From Ranitomeya imitator (Eukaryota): DNA of 64,000 nt. The DNA is taken from positions 130,076,001-130,140,000 of the forward strand of contig NC_091290.1 in assembly GCF_032444005.1 (NCBI RefSeq). Direction: 5' to 3'. Both the position numbers and the translations under genes were made by a program. The notes below the pieces were generated by a model. The model searched no databases. It was not told the origin of the DNA and saw only the letters and a list, made by a program, of their open reading frames with translations. Of the stretch, positions 61,001 to 64,000 are shown piece after piece. How positions within the stretch are numbered: position 1 is the first letter of the stretch; each line of letters opens with the position of its first letter.

Positions 61001-63630
61001 GCCATTGAATAACATTGGTCCGGGTGATGTCCGGTTTTTTTTACGGACAACACTTAGACCAAAAATATGGTCGTGTGAGCCCATAGAAACGTTGCTCAAA
61101 GACAATGATGAATCGGGACCCTTACTTTTATCTATATATTTCTGTATTTTCGTACCTCTCTATGGTGATTCTTATACTGAGCGGAATTTTCCATATGTCA
61201 GAATATTTTCACAGTTGACATACTATGTGCTGAATCAATCACATGCAGATCATAAAGAGATCACCGCACATCTGCGGAGATGTGAAAGTAATTATTAGCT
61301 GTTACGCAACTTGTCATGGGATGGAGAATGAGATTTGGCAATGCCGCCATTATTTTGTACCTCTCATTGTGATATAATTGGTGTAAGCGTTCAGTCCATT
61401 CCCTGAAAATGTTGTGTGTGGACATCCTCTTGCCAAATGTGGCCGTAACGAGATTAGAGAAGAAATACATCAGTTATGGATCAGGTAGAAAAGCCTTGGT
61501 TTAATGGTGCCAGCCAGATGTGACACTGCAGTTTTGATAAGGGTGCCAGGAGGCAAGAAAAATCCACTGCAGTTCATCATCTATGAATCTCTCTTAAGCC
61601 GCTTTTCTTTTTTTGTCTTAAAGTACTCATCCTTCTAAATGGCGCATGTGACATATGACCACCTTTGGGAAAAAAAAGTCTCACTTAGGCCTCTTCCAGA
61701 GGTCAGTGTGTCCCGTACGTGTGTTGACAGTTTTCACACATACCGGAGGCACTTACACATGTAGGCCCATTCAAGTGAATGGGTCTGTGCACATGTCAGT
61801 GTGTTTCCACGGATCGTGTGTCCGTGGGCAAAATACGCTGTCATGTCCATTTTTTAACAGCAGCCCCCGCCGCAAAATGTCCCACACGGACGTCACACAG
61901 AGGTCATACAGTTAGCGCTGTTCTCCGGTGCCAGGTGCTGAAGCTGGCTCTCATCATTCTCTCCTGCTCTGCCGGCGATCAGTTTTGGTTTTTGATCAGA
62001 AGAGGTTGGTGGCTGGTTGGCTCCCTTCTTGGCATCCACCCTTTTCTCTCAAGACCAACCATTTATGCATGACAGAGCTCAGGATGGGAGGATATGTTTG
62101 GAGGGGGCTCATGTGCTGAGCCCGCTCTATATCCGGCAAGTGCTGGGTCTTTTATACACTGGTAACTGCGGTGATTGGAGCTTGCTCAGATTGCAGCAGT
62201 TTAACCCCTTAGATGCCATGATGAATAGCAATCACAGATTTTAAGTGGTAACATTGGGGAGCAGACTTGACGCGCTATCGAAGGAACATGATGGGTTGTT
62301 TAATGGTTTCGAATTCTGACCTTCTCAGTGGGTCGCCAAGATTTTAGTGTATGCCCTTGATGGAATTGATATGTTTTCTCTGTGTTTCCATGCGTTCTGT
62401 CTAAGTAGGCGATTTTCCTCCCACACTTATCCAATTAGCTGAGCTAAAAATGCTATGATTGGATTGATTACACAGGTAGAACCTCTAGGGCTTATGTGCC
62501 CCAGTTTTCATGCATGAGGTCCATTGTAATTTGTGAGGCCTTCTGAGGGTGCCATCGGATGGCTTACGGAGACCGGCTTTGATATATTCAGACATATCGT
62601 AGTAAGAACCCTTTCGGTGAATTCCAATATACACTTAGTGATAGCTCACATTGGGTTGTCATGTTTTCCGGTGGTCTTCTGACAACACACACAACTAGAC
62701 CTTGTTATCATCACCATTAGCCTATGAACTGGCTGGCTCAAATCCTTCAAGGGTGTCCTGAGGGGAAGGAGAAGAAGACGACAAGAAGAAAGTGTCATTA
62801 TACCGCTTAGTGGAGGGGAAACGGTAAAGAAGAAAAAAAATATATAAATCTGCAATTCTTTTACATTACAAATACACCCGTAAAGGAAGATCAGAGCCTT
62901 ATGTGCTTGACAAAAAAGACACAGATTGCTTTCTGGGTGGACAGTAATCGGAAATACAATATGTAAAAGAGGCAATTGCCATCTCGTTTTATAGGCAGTT
63001 GAAACAGTAACAAAAGCAATTAGAATGTGGGCCGGCGAAGTCTTTGCGTAGAACTGCCCTGGAATACTAATGAAGCCACCGGCAGGATTCCTACAGAGCA
63101 CATTTGCACTGTGTCATGGAGCATCGGGCTCGAAGCTGACGCTCGCTAGTACAGTACGAAAGCTAGGGTAGAAAATGGCCTTCAGCCAAATTCCGTCCTG
63201 ACAATCTTTCATCGACTGCCTATTGATACGAATTGCAGCTTTCCTTCCTGCAAATTTATCTGTGCCGCAAATGGACCCGTTCTAATGGTATTATAATCTG
63301 CTTTTTTTATTATTGCAAATGAGAGGGAACAAATAAGTAGATAAACATATTGGATTTTACTACTAATTGGGAAACGCGGATTAACCTGTTTTGATGTAAA
63401 AATTCAGAGAGTCTTGTTAATTGCCGAAAAGAAACACAAGTAGGTTGAGAGGTTTTACCTTCTGTTAAAACGTCCCCAACATATACAATTACCGGAGGGC
63501 TGTGACAAATGCCAATGGCAAGAATAACATCTGTTACTCATAAGGTTCGATTGGAAAAAAAAACAAGAAACGTACACCATGCGTCATACTTTTTTTTTAC
63601 CGGACACCATGACTACACTATTCCATATCG

Positions 63631-63810
63631 CAAAAAACGACATAAACCCGGACACGTGCAGCGAAATGGAGGCAAAATTGTTTGATGATGCAAAAAATGA
63701 CATAAACTCGGACACGTGCAGCGAAATGGAGGCAAAATTGTTTGATGACACAAAAAAAGGACATAAACCCGGACACGTGCAGCAAAATGGAGGCAAAATT
63801 GTTTGATGAA
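63631..63810. repeat. 60-bp tandem repeat, 3 copies, each with CACGTG
   Basis: Units start at 63631, 63691 and 63751: CAAAAAA.GACATAAAC.CGGACACGTGCAGC.AAATGGAGGCAAAATTGTTTGATGA. Confidence 0.95.
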
Positions 63811-64000
63811 TGGGGTTTATAGATGGCTGTAAAGTTGAAGAAAAGATCTAAACTTACATGGTAACTGAATACAGAAGATGCAGACTGTTATGATTAGGTA
63901 ATTCAGTACCACAATGGACATAGAAGTCAGAGCACATACAGTGACCTGACAATAACCCAAAAACATAGAACGAGCTCTGAGACGTGGGAACTCTGCTGAC

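Noticed and set aside
62646-63101. 151-aa minus-strand ORF with an internal pyrimidine tract and AG
   Set aside because: It runs through a poly-T tract and has no recognisable domain; it could be a UTR or non-coding exon, but there is no supporting evidence.
63631-63810. Short regular repeats as a CRISPR array (also considered for the 138-153 bp and 150 bp arrays)
   Set aside because: The units are head-to-tail without unique spacers, there are no cas genes, and the context is eukaryotic.
1-64000. tRNA, rRNA, snRNA or host gene exon chain
   Set aside because: None was recognised by eye; small exons of a large host gene could have been missed without alignment tools.

Overview
This window is repeat-dense vertebrate non-coding DNA, most likely from a frog. 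That is inferred from the mix of TTAA-flanked AGG...CCT (T2/Kolobok-type) and CCC...GGG (piggyBac-type) elements, TAGAGATGAGCG-type hAT MITEs, L2 LINEs and Gypsy solo LTRs. I recognise no host protein-coding gene, tRNA, rRNA or CRISPR array. The only intact protein-coding unit is a 340-aa DD34E Tc1 transposase in a full-length element (30751-32357). Other coding remnants are two L2 LINEs (one nearly intact but split by a solo LTR), an RTE/RTEX-like LINE, a Gmr1-type SCAN/zinc-knuckle gag pseudogene, a Gypsy integrase fragment and a decayed DD37E transposase. There are several tandem arrays (42-bp, 138-153-bp, about 150-bp, 60-bp and GGAT-derived). The most unusual object is a 1-kb non-coding insertion (43953-44965) with a 15-bp target-site duplication. 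It consists of about 1.5 tandem copies plus one inverted partial copy of a ~431-bp monomer carrying a hammerhead-shaped hairpin with a non-canonical core, and is a candidate non-autonomous Penelope-type or retrozyme-like retroelement. Family names come from motifs and recalled consensus sequences; no database search was run.
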